NCBI GenBank assembly: GCA_000320545.1
Contig: ADNK01001207.1
Location: forward strand, 1-58,011
Direction: 5' to 3'
Source of the DNA: Bigelowiella natans CCMP2755
Lineage: Eukaryota; Protista; Cercozoa
Length of the DNA stretch: 58,011 nucleotides
The notes under the pieces were generated by a model. That model ran no database searches, was not told where the DNA came from, and worked only from the letters and a program-made list of their open reading frames with translations. This document shows, in pieces, positions 1 to 11,281 of this stretch. Each line of letters begins with the position of its first letter. Position 1 is the first letter of the stretch. The position numbers and the translations under genes are program-made.

Positions 1-168
1 GCCGAGGGGGGGGGTGGAGAAAAAATATATCCACCCCTCCTGGGTTTTTTCTTCCCCCCAGCCAAATAGATGTAACCCCAGTTGTTGGATTTTTCCTCCC
101 CCCCCCCCCCCCCCCCACCTGCACAAAAGGAGAAAATCGTTATATTGAACAATCATGCATATCACCAG

Positions 169-1044
169 GTTGACTCAGATCTCAGCTTCTTGAACGGCTA
201 CGTGTCAGAGGCACTTGCAAATGGCGCCCCAGCGTACAAGCCAAGGGACCTTTCCAAGCCGTCCGCAACCTCCGGAGGCGCAATGGGAGGAGGGGGTCAC
301 GGGATGGAGAGGAAGAAGAAGCCTACGTTGCAATTCCAGGTAGTAGTGGTAGTAGTAGTAGGAGGAGGAGGAGGAGCAGGAGTTGAGGAGCAGTGAGGAA
401 TAATGTATTAATTTAAAAGCCCAACTTTGCTTTTTTCAATGAATTCTTCGGTTCGGTATTTATTTGTAAATTTGTAGCTGTTGTTCCCCCCCATTACTCG
501 TGCTCTCCTCCCCTTCCTCTTCTTCTTCTTCTTCTTCTTCTTCATCTTCTTCAAACCCCCCCCCCTTCTCCGCCCCCCCTTCTACCTGGCCCTCGCCATC
601 ATCAATCAGGCATACCCGAAACGCGACGTACCATCGTACGACAGCCCCAGCACACCTGCAGAGGATCCAATAGCTGCAGCGGCGGCTGCTGCTGCTGCCG
701 GGGCGTCTGGTGCGGCTGCAGCATCGTTAGCCTATCCAAACATGGGTGGGGCATCAGGAGGAGGAGGAGGAGGAGGCTTTGGAGGGGGGGGAGGCTTTGG
801 AGGTGGGGGTGGAGGCAATGATTCTTCGTCGTTCTTCGCATCGAGTGGAGGACCGTGGGGCGCTGGGGGATTCAACGCGGGAGGTGGGAGAAATGATGAT
901 GACGATGATGATTACGTCGACGGAGATGATGATGATGATGATGATGATGATGGTGATAGTTGTAGAAGAAAAAGATTAAGAAGAAATAATAATCCCAAAT
1001 CTATACACGCTGGGTGTATAAATTTTAAGTATATACGCGCACGC

Positions 1045-1085
<41 letters not shown>

Positions 1086-2236
1086 TACGTCGTTATGCTG
1101 CTCTTCAACAACATCAATCAGGCGGAAATAACAAGCCGGAACCAACCCAGCCCACCCCCTCCACCAGCACGCCAAGCACAGGTGGGGGTGGAGCCGTAGG
1201 AGGAGGGGCAGCTACTTCTAGTAACTTTACCTCTTCGGCAGCAGCAGTAGGAACATCTTCTCCAGGAGGAAGCTATAACAACAACAACAACAAAAGCCCA
1301 TTCTCTTTCGCGAGTGGAGGATCTCGTCAAGACAGGAATTCCAACGCAGGGGCTGCTGCAATGCCCGCTCATAAGCAGCAGCTGGCGGCAGGACTTTTCG
1401 CAGGTAAGTGCTGATGTTCATGTTCATGTGTGTGTGTGTGTGTGTATTTTTTACTCATGGTTCTAAACTACTTCTACGCTCTTTTGACGATTCCTTGCAA
1501 TGTCATTATATCTTGCTGCTGCTCGCATCCAAAGGTATTGGAGGCAGTGATTACGGAGTTAGTAACAATGATAATAAAGCAGCACCAGCAGGAGGAGGAG
1601 GAGGCTATAGAGCGTCCTCCACAGCTGGTGGAGGAGGGTCCATGCCCGCTGCAGCCAACAATGCCACCCCCACCCCCGCCCCTGCTGCTGTAATACAACA
1701 ACAGCAACAAGCACAACAGCAATCCCCTCCACCACAACCCAACCTGCTATTTGAGGTCATTGATGATGATGAGCCTCCCTCCGGAGCGAACAATGCCAAC
1801 GCCGGTGGTCAGGGAGGGGGGGGAGTGGATCTTATGTCACTCTTCTCAACTGATACAGCCACCACCACCACGGCGCCGGCTAGCACGCCCGGTGAAAGCA
1901 GCATTCTGAGCGGTTTTGAGGGGAAGAGCAGCGGCGGTGGGTCGCCCCCTCCAACGACGCAGAATAACAGCGCGTTTGGAGATCTATTTGGGGGGGGAGG
2001 AGCAGCAGATGGCGCTGCTGCTGTGAGTGCGCAGGCAGATTTCCCGAAAGGCGCTGCAGGTTAGTAGGAGAAGAGAACTATGACGAAGTTGTTCATCTTG
2101 CCAATTTTAAAAAGTGGAAAATAGCGCGGGGGGGGGGGGGGGGGGCACATGCACACATACCTTATGGGAGGGGGGCATACGTATTGCTGTCGAATCCTTT
2201 GATAGTTAACATAATCATCATCATCATCATCATCAT

Positions 2237-2267
<31 letters not shown>

Positions 2268-2603
2268 TCATTCGTTGTTATGCAAATCGCTGCCAGGGAT
2301 GGAAGCCAAGCTCAAGAAGCAGCTCGCATCGTTCCGAAAGTCGCAGGAGATTGTGGCTATTGGGGGGGGGAGCATGTTCGTTTCGCACCAAAAGGTGTAT
2401 CTTCCTGGCCAGACGCTGCTAACCGTGTTCGTCTCCAATGCCTCCGGACAAAATGTACGTGCTGACACTCGATAACGCATCGTTACGCAATGTGGCATAA
2501 ATATCGAGCATTGCTATTTTATGGAGAGAAGCGTGCGGAGTGGAAGGAATTCTCTACTCTATTCTTTCTATTGAGCTGCTGCTGCTGCTGCTGCTGCTAC
2601 TTT

Positions 2604-2636
<33 letters not shown>

Positions 2637-2960
2637 AACTACTACTACCCAATGAGCGTATATAACTCCAGCATCATGAGCAAGAAATACTTCGATATGT
2701 GGACCTTCCATGCTTTCCTTTCCTACATTTCTTTCTATCATCGCCAATATCATCAATGACATCATCATCATAACCTTGCCTTTCTTCCCCCGATCTCCCT
2801 TCTCAGTCTGGCGTTACTGCGGCATTGTCCACACAGGTGGTGTTGCTGCTGCAGCCGCTGTTTTGCCTGCTGGTTGATTGATCGATTGATTGGTTGATTG
2901 ATTGAGCATGGATATAGGCTATTGTGTAATGAAGTAGTGAAGAAGTGTTTCGATTTTCTC

Positions 2961-3008
<48 letters not shown>

Positions 3009-3022
3009 CGCTTTCTCTCTCT

Positions 3023-3063
<41 letters not shown>

Positions 3064-3322
3064 CTTGCAGGATGGGCTCTATCTGCGTTGCAATGCGGAG
3101 CCGAAAGCATCGCTTAAGATGAAACAAGACCTGAGCACGCAAAACGTGCAGGCAGCGTCGTTGTCCTCACAGAAGACTCTCACCTTGATGTGCGGTATCT
3201 TCTGCAGAAACCCAGCAGCTATGGGGTCCAACTCCCTGCTCGGTAGTATATAATAGTAACAGCTTTTAATCAAAAGAAGAGAACAATGAGAGAATACGCA
3301 TACACGCAAACGCACCATATTA

Positions 3323-3369
<47 letters not shown>

Positions 3370-4372
3370 GTAATGGATAAAGGGGGAGGGAGAGAGAGAG
3401 AAAGAAAGAGGAAAGTTTTCAATTCATTAAAGTGAGCAAAACTGAACGACAGACATAATACTACTAATTCCCCAATCATGAATGCGAATCCTGAGCGTGT
3501 GTCGTGTCCTCCATTACCTATCGAAACAGCCGGTGCTCGATGATGTTTGTTGAGATTCCATTGCGTTGTCTTTGTACGAACACAGTTCGGATCCAGCTGG
3601 GGGGCAGCAATGGAGAATGCAAGGTTAGCATCGGCGTGGAAGACCTTCTGCGTCCTCTCAACGTCACCGTCGAGCAGTTTGGTTCTACATGGAAGAAGCT
3701 CGCCGTTGAAGAGAAAATGACGGTAAATAGTAGTAATTGACGGCAGCATGCTGTGATAGGGTGTATAAAATGTATAGGATGGATAATAGATGAGAGAGAA
3801 AGAGAGGGGGGGGGGGGGGGTTATGTTTCTAAATTATCATCATCATCATCATCATCAATCATCAACCATCAATCATCGTCAGTTGACTGGTAGCTCGATC
3901 AATTCCGCTCCTCAAATGCAAGCGGTAGCGACCAAGCTCAATCTGAAGCTCGTCAAGATCATCGGCAAAGAGTAGGAAGAACCACATGACCAACACATGC
4001 TGCCATCTATATACAGCAACACGACGCGCGTACATCACACATCTTCATCCTGAGCACCAATGCGTGTATTACCAACGCATTGACCGTCTTCACGGAGGGA
4101 CGATTCTTCCCAGTGTTCTCTCCATTGCACGTCTGTTTTTAGCTTTCTTGAAATGCAGACGTTATTATTCTCCCTATCAAAAAGCGCTGATGTGTTTGTT
4201 TTCTTCCAGGTGTATCCTTGGATCAAAGCTCGTCACGGGAAATAAGAACGTTGTCCCGTGCTTGTTCCATGCGAAAGTCAGAGGGGGTGGGCAGGTGATT
4301 CTCATGGTCAAGAGTCCTTTCAAGGAACTCAGCTCAGCTGCCTTGAACATGGTACGAGCCGCATGTGCTTGA
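169..4372 (+). CDS. AP4E1: AP-4 adaptor complex subunit epsilon, C-terminal part (5' truncated by window edge; multi-exon)
   Basis: The exon at 169-339 encodes VDSDLSFLNGYVSEALANGAPAYKP, resembling the end of the AP-4 epsilon trunk. A long Gly/Ala/Gln-rich hinge follows, with DLMSLF/DLFG motifs. Appendage-platform-like exons come next (GVEDLLRPLNVTVEQFGSTWKKL; CLFHAKV...VKSPFKELS). Stop at 4370-4372; GT-AG introns. Confidence 0.75.
2963..3061. repeat. Compound (CT)n-(GT)n intronic microsatellite (representative of many)
   Basis: Directly visible. Similar (AT)n, (GT)n, (CT)n and trinucleotide tracts at ~1049, 2215, 2575, 3327, 13343, 29851, 30368, 30585, 38785, 45794-45990, 46875, 51551, 52180, 53290, 54786 and 57878. 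Confidence 0.95.
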
Positions 4373-4449
4373 TTTGATGTAGACAGCTGCATTTTCATCA
4401 CAAATGTAATTGCATATCATTCTGCAAATACGGCATCAATCTGCTATAC

Positions 4450-5150
4450 CGGCTAGCCGGGCAAAGCAAGACATGCAGTCATACAACGTGTACATTATGC
4501 CTACAGTACTACTGCAGTCAGCATACATGTGTATGCAGCATACATGTGTATGCATGACAAGCAGCAGATGGCTGCAGCTACGTCTAGATACAGCCCAAAC
4601 TTGCTATGGACATGAGGTGTGCTTAATGTGGCTACCTAGCTAGCTAGAGCTACCTAGCCAGTGGAGATGGAAGGAATGTGCATCTGCTAGATCGACAGCA
4701 ATCACACAACTCGTCGTGCAATATAAATATGCGTGTACTGCATTGCTAGCTACGCCGCTAGCGATAGCTAGATAGTACAGTAATTAAGCTAGCTAGCAGC
4801 CAGCATGAATTAACAGACTTAAGTAAACATAATAACGTCGTTATTTCGCGCGCGCTAGCTAGCAGCTAGTACGTTGCGTCTCCGTTATTCTGCAGAACCT
4901 TTCAGCATGTCCAGATATCTTTGCTCTATCTTGCGCATCTAGATCGATGATGGAGACTGCCATTATCTAGTTATGTTGCCTTATTAGCCAATTCTAGAAT
5001 TATGCACCTACATCAAGATATATCGGCTGTCGTACAATCGTGGCGCCCCGCCACTGCTAGTCACCAGCAGCGTAGCAGTTCTATAGTATGCGATGCTCAA
5101 TTTCGAGTCGATATCTAGACACATCTAGACATACGCACGATGTGAGCACA
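4450..5150. other. CTAG/TGCA/CATG-rich island between convergent AP4E1 and ferrochelatase
   Basis: About 13 CTAG counted by eye in 4621-4870 (about 1 expected); gctagctag runs. Confidence 0.85.
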
Positions 5151-5271
5151 GCTTTAACGCAAGATGCGACCGCCGTTTGGTACAGAGCGTCGGAGTTCAA
5201 AATATTAGGATATATTAAGAGTCTTCATAAATATACAAGTTTATATCATCATTTTACTATAATTCGGGCAA

Positions 5272-6979
5272 TCACAACCCACTCAACAGATCGAAGCACC
5301 CCAACGCGGCAAGTGCGATCATAGCTATTCGTCCATTTATTGTCTCCGCGTTTCGCGTCCATCCCCACTCCCATGCTACCAACGGTTTTTCGTTCGCATT
5401 GTCATACATGCTCACGAGTTCTTGAACCGCCCCTCCCGGCACCAATGCTTCATCATCGATGACCCCACCGATGGCGCCAATGTAAGGTCGAGCCTCTAGT
5501 ACAGCATCAGCTAAATCCTCTATAAAGCCCGGATAGGAGTTCAGAGCTGGCACTCGTCCCCAGTTCTTGATACCCGCTTCCTCGGCTAGCTCTCGGTATT
5601 CCATGTCGATTTCTTCCAGCGTCTCGATGTGTTCGTTAACAAAGCTGATAGGAACAACCAGTAGATCATCCACACCGTTGTTTGCGAGATCCTGTATGGC
5701 GTCTTCCGTGTACGGCTGCAGCCACTCAACAGGACCCACGCGGCTCTGGTAGGCTAATGTCTCATGGTTTTTAACTCCTCGTTTCCTTAATTCCTTCATA
5801 ATCAACTGCACTGAGTGTTCCATCTCGTCTTGGTATGGATCGAATGCCTCCTCCACGTATGACTTTGGCACGCCGTGTGCGCTGAAGAATATCTCGACCT
5901 TCTCCTTATTCTCGAAGGTCTCAAGCTCGGTCTGAATGAGGTCGCACATCGCGCTCACATATCCTGGGCGCTGGTACCAAGAAGGTATGACAGTGTGCTG
6001 CAACTCGGAAAGCTGCTTGTCCTGTTTGAAGATCTCTGCCAGCAGCCTCAGGCTCGAGCCACTGGTGGAAATGGAGAACTGTGGGTAGAGAGGGAGGATG
6101 ACCAATTCTTTGATTCCGTCCTTCTTTATCTGCTCTATCGACTCCTCGGTGAATGGCTTCCAGTACCGCATTCCCACGTACACCTTTGCATCTTGACCCT
6201 TGGCTCTCAACGCTTCTTCGAGCGCCGATCCTTGTTCTTCTGTAATTTTCCTTAACGGAGAGCCCCCACCTATGGAGTTATATGCCTCCCGGCTTTTCGG
6301 TGCGCGGGTGCTCGAGAGAAGTTTAGCCAGTACGGGCTGCAGGGCTCTCAGGGGTGGGGGAAGCCGAATAATATCAGGATCTGCGAATAAGTTGTAGAGG
6401 AAAGGCTCTACGTCTTCTAAGGTCTCTGGGCCTCCAAGGTTCAGTACCAGGACGCCGAGCGGAGCAGCTGCAATGAAGGAAAAACAAATACATCACATCA
6501 GAGAGGGGATAGCTGCAATGAAGGAAAAACAAATACATCACATCAGAGAGGGGATCGTAAAATCAAAATGCACGAAATTAGAATTTCTCTTGTTGATATT
6601 GTCTTATTCGTGCGCTCATCTTCCCTCTCTCTATGAACATCCATTTTGGGAGAGAGGGACCTTCCTTTCCTTGTGCCGCGATTCTGGCTTCCTCGACTGG
6701 GAGCTCAATTGTCGCAGGATTTGGCTCAGTGTATATTTGTGCTGAGGACAATGAAGATCGGAGTCTTCGAGGAATGGGAGTTTTGGAGGCTTGCAGTCTC
6801 CCTCCACATTCTTGGACTTTACAGAATAATCGCCGGGCGAATGGTGTCTTCGAGATCGATGGTGGCATCCTCGGGGCAGAGGTTGAAGCAAGCCTTGAGG
6901 TTGAGGCGACATGCGGTAAAAACACAAACGCAATTGCCCACACCGCTAGCCATCCTCTGCCTCTGTGCTTCAGGTCCAT
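5272..6979 (-). CDS. hemH: Plastid-targeted ferrochelatase with C-terminal CAB motif (exons 6979-6661 and 6467-5272)
   Basis: Motifs [76 protein letters not shown]-terminal [18 protein letters not shown]. The N-terminus has a hydrophobic signal-like segment followed by an S/R-rich transit-like region. GT-AG intron 6660-6468 joins in frame (QGKE-AAPLGVL). Confidence 0.95.
6466..6555. repeat. Perfect 2x45 bp tandem duplication spanning the ferrochelatase intron 3' splice site
   Basis: agctgcaatgaaggaaaaacaaatacatcacatcagagaggggat occurs at 6466-6510 and 6511-6555. Confidence 0.95.
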
Positions 6980-7429
6980 GGAAGTGGGGAGGAGTGGCGT
7001 TCAGACCCCCTCGCCACAGAATCCGTCTCGCTGGTTCTCAGTTCGACGTCACAGGATTCTCGGGGATCCCCGCGGGGAATACTATCTTTTTCCGTTAGTG
7101 TCGGGGGATAAACGACTGGTGGCTCGAAACGAGCCTTTCGTGTCGCAATTAAATAAACCCGTTTATTATTCTATGTGCGACAGATTTTAATGAGGGCAGA
7201 AAACGCGGGAACACCTCTGCGTCTTACTGCCCAGGTTTCAAAGTAATGATCTTTCGTATCAGTTATTAACGGTGATCATATACCGAGTATTTTTATCTTA
7301 GATACGTATTATTAGTTGTCGTATCTATAGAAATACATCCATTTTTGTTGAAATCGTTTCTAGGTTCCGGAAGGTTAACTTGGAAATCGAGAGGCGGGAC
7401 GCATCGTAGCACATCGTCGAAAGGCAACG

Positions 7430-8185
7430 ATGGCAGCCCAAGCTTGTCAAGCTCCACTTGGGCTCTCCACAGATTCTTCCTCTCGCCACGTTTCGCAAAC
7501 ATACAAATCGCAGCATCGATGCACTCCTTCTCTTAATAAGAAGGTTGTGACAGATGAGAAACAGCAAGAGACTGTGACGATTTTCGATTGGGATGACACT
7601 CTGCTGCCAAGTACCTTCTTATCATCGAACGGGTATAGGTTAGATTCAACAAAAGAGATGCCGGAGGAGATGCAAAAACAGATTTCCACATTACAGGACT
7701 CAGTTGTCAGTTTGATTCAACTTGCACTTGACAAAAGGGACACGGTTTACATTATAACCAATGCAGAAGAAGGATGGGTCGAGCTCTCAGCCCAAAAGTT
7801 CATGCCAGCTGTTGTTCCAATGTTATCTCGCTTGGAAATTATATCAGCAAGATCAACTTACGAGTATCGCTTCCCTCAGAGCCCACTACAGTGGAAGTAC
7901 TACGCATTTCAGCATAATCTTGAAAAAGCATTTAAAAGAGAACTCGGAGCCAAATGCGTCATATCATTCGGAGACTCTCAAGTTGAACGCCAAGTTGTCC
8001 GTGCTGTCTCTAAGACGTTCCACAACTCCATTGCAAAAAGTATAAAGTTTGCAGAGAGACCATCCCTAGAACAACTTAAACGTCAAGTCGAGTTAGTGTC
8101 GAAATGTTTCGAGAATGTATATAGTCACCAGGGTGATCTTGATCTCATGCTCACAATATCACTCACTTCCGAGAAGAGCAGCTAA
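7430..8185 (+). CDS. Intronless HAD-superfamily-like conserved protist protein
   Basis: 251 aa ORF with HAD motif I (IFDWDDTL), a motif II-like IITNA, a conserved Lys (WK) and a motif IV-like ISFGDSQVER. Confidence 0.75.
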   Translation: MAAQACQAPLGLSTDSSSRHVSQTYKSQHRCTPSLNKKVVTDEKQQETVTIFDWDDTLLPSTFLSSNGYRLDSTKEMPEEMQKQISTLQDSVVSLIQLALDKRDTVYIITNAEEGWVELSAQKFMPAVVPMLSRLEIISARSTYEYRFPQSPLQWKYYAFQHNLEKAFKRELGAKCVISFGDSQVERQVVRAVSKTFHNSIAKSIKFAERPSLEQLKRQVELVSKCFENVYSHQGDLDLMLTISLTSEKSS

Positions 8186-8529
8186 TAAACTTGCTTCTGC
8201 CTGCTCAAATCCATTAACAGCAGCTTAAGGTTGCCTTAATCCATCAACAACAGTTTAAAGTTCTGATTGATATTTTGCAGAATCTGTTAGAGTAGTTTTT
8301 CTTAACAATACAGAAAGTAGTGTATGTTGTTCCAAAGAGAGGACGTCGAAGGTATAGCCAAATCAACGAAATTTAGAGCTAGAAATATAATTAGTACAGA
8401 GTCAACCATCGATTAACGTAGTAACACATTAGTAACTCCCGTGTCAATACATGAGTTGAGCGGAAATTCCAAACTTTCATTACATAGAATTGTCTAAATC
8501 ACTTAGCAACTGTTGAAAGAATGACACGC

Positions 8530-9354
8530 TCATTACAGATGCAGATAACGTGGAGCGGTCAGCTCGCACTAGCGCACGAAACGTACACCCGCCCATGCGC
8601 GAAAGCAAATGCTTTCAAGACTCTAGAAATCTGCAAGAAACCGCTAGTCGCATGCCTAGCAGAAACGAAGAATCACAATGCAAATCCTTTTCTGATTGCA
8701 ATTTTTCACGCTCTCAGCGCTGCTGGGACACGGACAGCTACACAGCGCTAGCATATAAGTAGAGCGCGCTGTAACAATCACACTGCATGGAACAAGCCGA
8801 TCGAGGAATCAGGAATCAGCAACAGCAAACTAGTGCACATCTAGACATTATTCTGCTAGTCTGGTATTGCCGAGCGCACACATATGCTAGCACGCATGTC
8901 TAGTAGATGTGCAGGGATTATTCCAAGGGTTTAAATGCATGGGTGTAAGCTTACACCCTGATCGTCGCAGCGCTAACATTTATTTACACCCTACAGCGCG
9001 GCAGCGCGGCGTGCATGAGCGAACAATTTTTTGCATTTTGCTTTGATTTTGTTTACTCTTACACCCTGAGACTCTCTCATTGTGCTATACCCTCAAATCT
9101 CCGCTAGAATAATCTAGTAATTCCTGTAGATGTGATGAAGATACTGGGATGTGATGCATTGCATGCTGCAGCTTTAGCTAGCTATGCTATCTAGCTAGTT
9201 TGCTACAAGCTAGCAATACATGCGCGTACGATCTAGCGACTAGCTAGTAGCGATACACACATACCTAGATATGCGTACGGCGTTGCATTGACTCTCGGCT
9301 CGTGCATGAAGGCGGTATGCGTATGAGTGTATGAGTTACACGCATATGTAGTCG

Positions 9355-9390
<36 letters not shown>

Positions 9391-9560
9391 ACATGCTACA
9401 ATAAATAAATATGCACACTATAACACATAGTAGAAGCCGGCTACGATCCAGCTGCATCGCGTTTTTCATGCACGTGCATAACAGCTCTTGTCATCGTATC
9501 TAGTATGTAGCTTTCAATTGCACTGCCAACGCTGCTACTATGGAATTCTATCCAGTTCAA
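8530..9560. other. CTAG/TGCA-rich island between convergent HAD and coiled-coil genes
   Basis: e.g. ttagctagctatgctatctagctag, gcattgcatgctgcagc. Confidence 0.8.
8912..9117. mobile_element. Putative degenerate MITE (~205 bp)
   Basis: Left end cagggattattccaag and right end ctagaataatctag form an imperfect inverted repeat (GATTATTC/GAATAATC core). Internal perfect palindrome gggtgtaagcttacaccc at 8941-8958 and three ttacaccct copies. No target-site duplication (TSD) resolved. Confidence 0.4.
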
Positions 9561-9729
9561 TGCTTCCACGTTAATGATGTAATCAATTCAACGTAGTAAT
9601 ACTATGATCCTTGCTATTATTTGTTCATCATTTATCTCTGTAATTATTCTTGCAATTTGCTTCTCTGTTACAACTTTGTCAGGTCATTCGGTCACTATAT
9701 TCATAATCATTCAACTTGCTTAGTAACTT

Positions 9730-11203
9730 TCATATTTCCTCTTCCTCGGGATTGGCTCTTTCGGGGTCGCTGTTATCATCTTCAGCACCGACTATGCTCT
9801 TCAATACCTCAGCTCCAAAACGCTATAGCATGTACATAATAATCTCTCTTAGCGCCAAAAACCATACAAGAAAAAATATTTAGTCTAGTCTTACATGTAA
9901 TGGGCTGCTCTTTTTTAACTGATCCAGTTCTTGCTCCAACTCCAGAATGCGAATGTCCTTTTCCTTTGCTTCGACCAAAGACTTCCGAAGCTAAGTGAGG
10001 AATTAACCATGCCGATGAATATTGGGATGGAAAAGGAAAGGGCGTTTTATCTTCTGTAGAAATCATTGCAATAATACATTTGTAGTTGGAGGGTTCAACC
10101 TTATTCTTCAATTTTTTTTCAACTTCCTTATTCCTCTCCTTAGATCCTGGATTGCTGTGCATTTGCTGTTGTTGCTTCAAAATCTGCCCATTGATTGCAT
10201 CAACCTCTGAACCACAGGTCATGTCATAAGTATATTTCAAATAGTGATATGAATTCATTTTTAAAGTTGTTTGCTGCAAAATAATTTTATAGTTCACATC
10301 TGTTCACGTCAAAAACCTTTTTATAGTCATTAAAACTTACCCAAGAAGATCTTTCGCTCCTTCTCCAATAAATTTATCTTTCGCTGTGCCCCCTCATATT
10401 TTCTCTGCAACAGTCATTACTTCATGGACCGGGACCAGATAGATGTTACTGAGAACAAAGCAAGTGGACTGACCTCTGCAACAGTTACTTGTTTGGTCAA
10501 TTTGGCCATCATCTTTTCCATCTCCAGAATCTCTGCATCCTTTTCCTTTGCTTCCTGTGAGAAATAGCGCTTCGTTTAAAACCCTTGCCTCGAGTTAGGT
10601 TAATATCGAAAAAATTCGCACATTTAGCAGCGATTCTATCTTCTTATGAGCCCTATCGAGTCTAGCCTGATTTCATATGGTGCACAAACGCCATTTCAAA
10701 AACGGTGAAATTACGATCACAACATTCGCTCTCTTTTCCGGAGTCTCGGTGGTTCTATTACCAGTGTTTTTTGCAGATCCGGAAGAGCATCGCCCCCCTT
10801 GGCAGCCATTTGTCTGTTATGAGTGGAACACTACCGGTCAATGCCCCGTTAATACCGGTAGTGATATCCCAGAGATGCTCACTTTCCGGGTAGTAACAGT
10901 CAAATCCCGACCGAACTGGTTAGAAGACAAGAATTTGGCGCGGAGGGCTTTGCTCCCTTTTCCGGAGTCTCGCTGGTTCTGTTACCAGTGTTTTTTGACT
11001 TGCATTGGCTTCCATACCTCTTAATCAGCCTATTTTTGCTCCTGTCGACTTCGAAGGTGGAGGAAAATCGGTTAAATTGCATAGCATTGGGAGCTTTTCC
11101 GATCTTTTTGTGCGAACTCAACCATCTAAAAAAAAATAATAGGAGTTCCTCCAGACAAGGCTTCCCATGGCTGCTTCCTCGACCGAGGCAACCGTCGACG
11201 CAT
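9730..11203 (-). CDS. Multi-exon coiled-coil hypothetical protein (ends approximate)
   Basis: Short GT-AG-flanked exons encode heptad-rich segments ARLDRAHKKIESLLN, EAKEKDAEILEMEKMMAKLTKQV and LRKSLVEAKEKDIRILELEQELDQLKK, plus an acidic terminal exon ending EEEEI*. Confidence 0.55.
10733..10997. repeat. Dispersed ~41 bp direct repeat (2 copies, 2 mismatches)
   Basis: cttttccggagtctcg[g/c]tggttct[a/g]ttaccagtgttttttg at ~10733 and ~10957. On the minus strand it reads KNTGNRT[T/S]ETPEK. Confidence 0.85.
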
Positions 11204-11281
11204 GGACGGAGCTCTCCACCACTCTCGGCGATCTACATATATGGTTCCAGATGCTTATTCCGAATTTGAATTAAGCATTTG

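Noticed and set aside
1-130. Poly-G/poly-C-rich start and the N-terminus of ORF 82..396
   Set aside because: Looks like low-quality contig-end or intron sequence; the credible exon starts at the AG at 167-168.
900-3400. Many ORF-track entries with CVCVCV, YIYIYI, LSLSLS, HTHTHT or poly-M/L/V
   Set aside because: Translations of intronic microsatellites or antisense frames of real exons; the same applies throughout the window.
6633-7190. 185 aa plus-strand ORF overlapping ferrochelatase exon 1
   Set aside because: Antisense shadow of the leader exon and promoter; no recognisable motifs.
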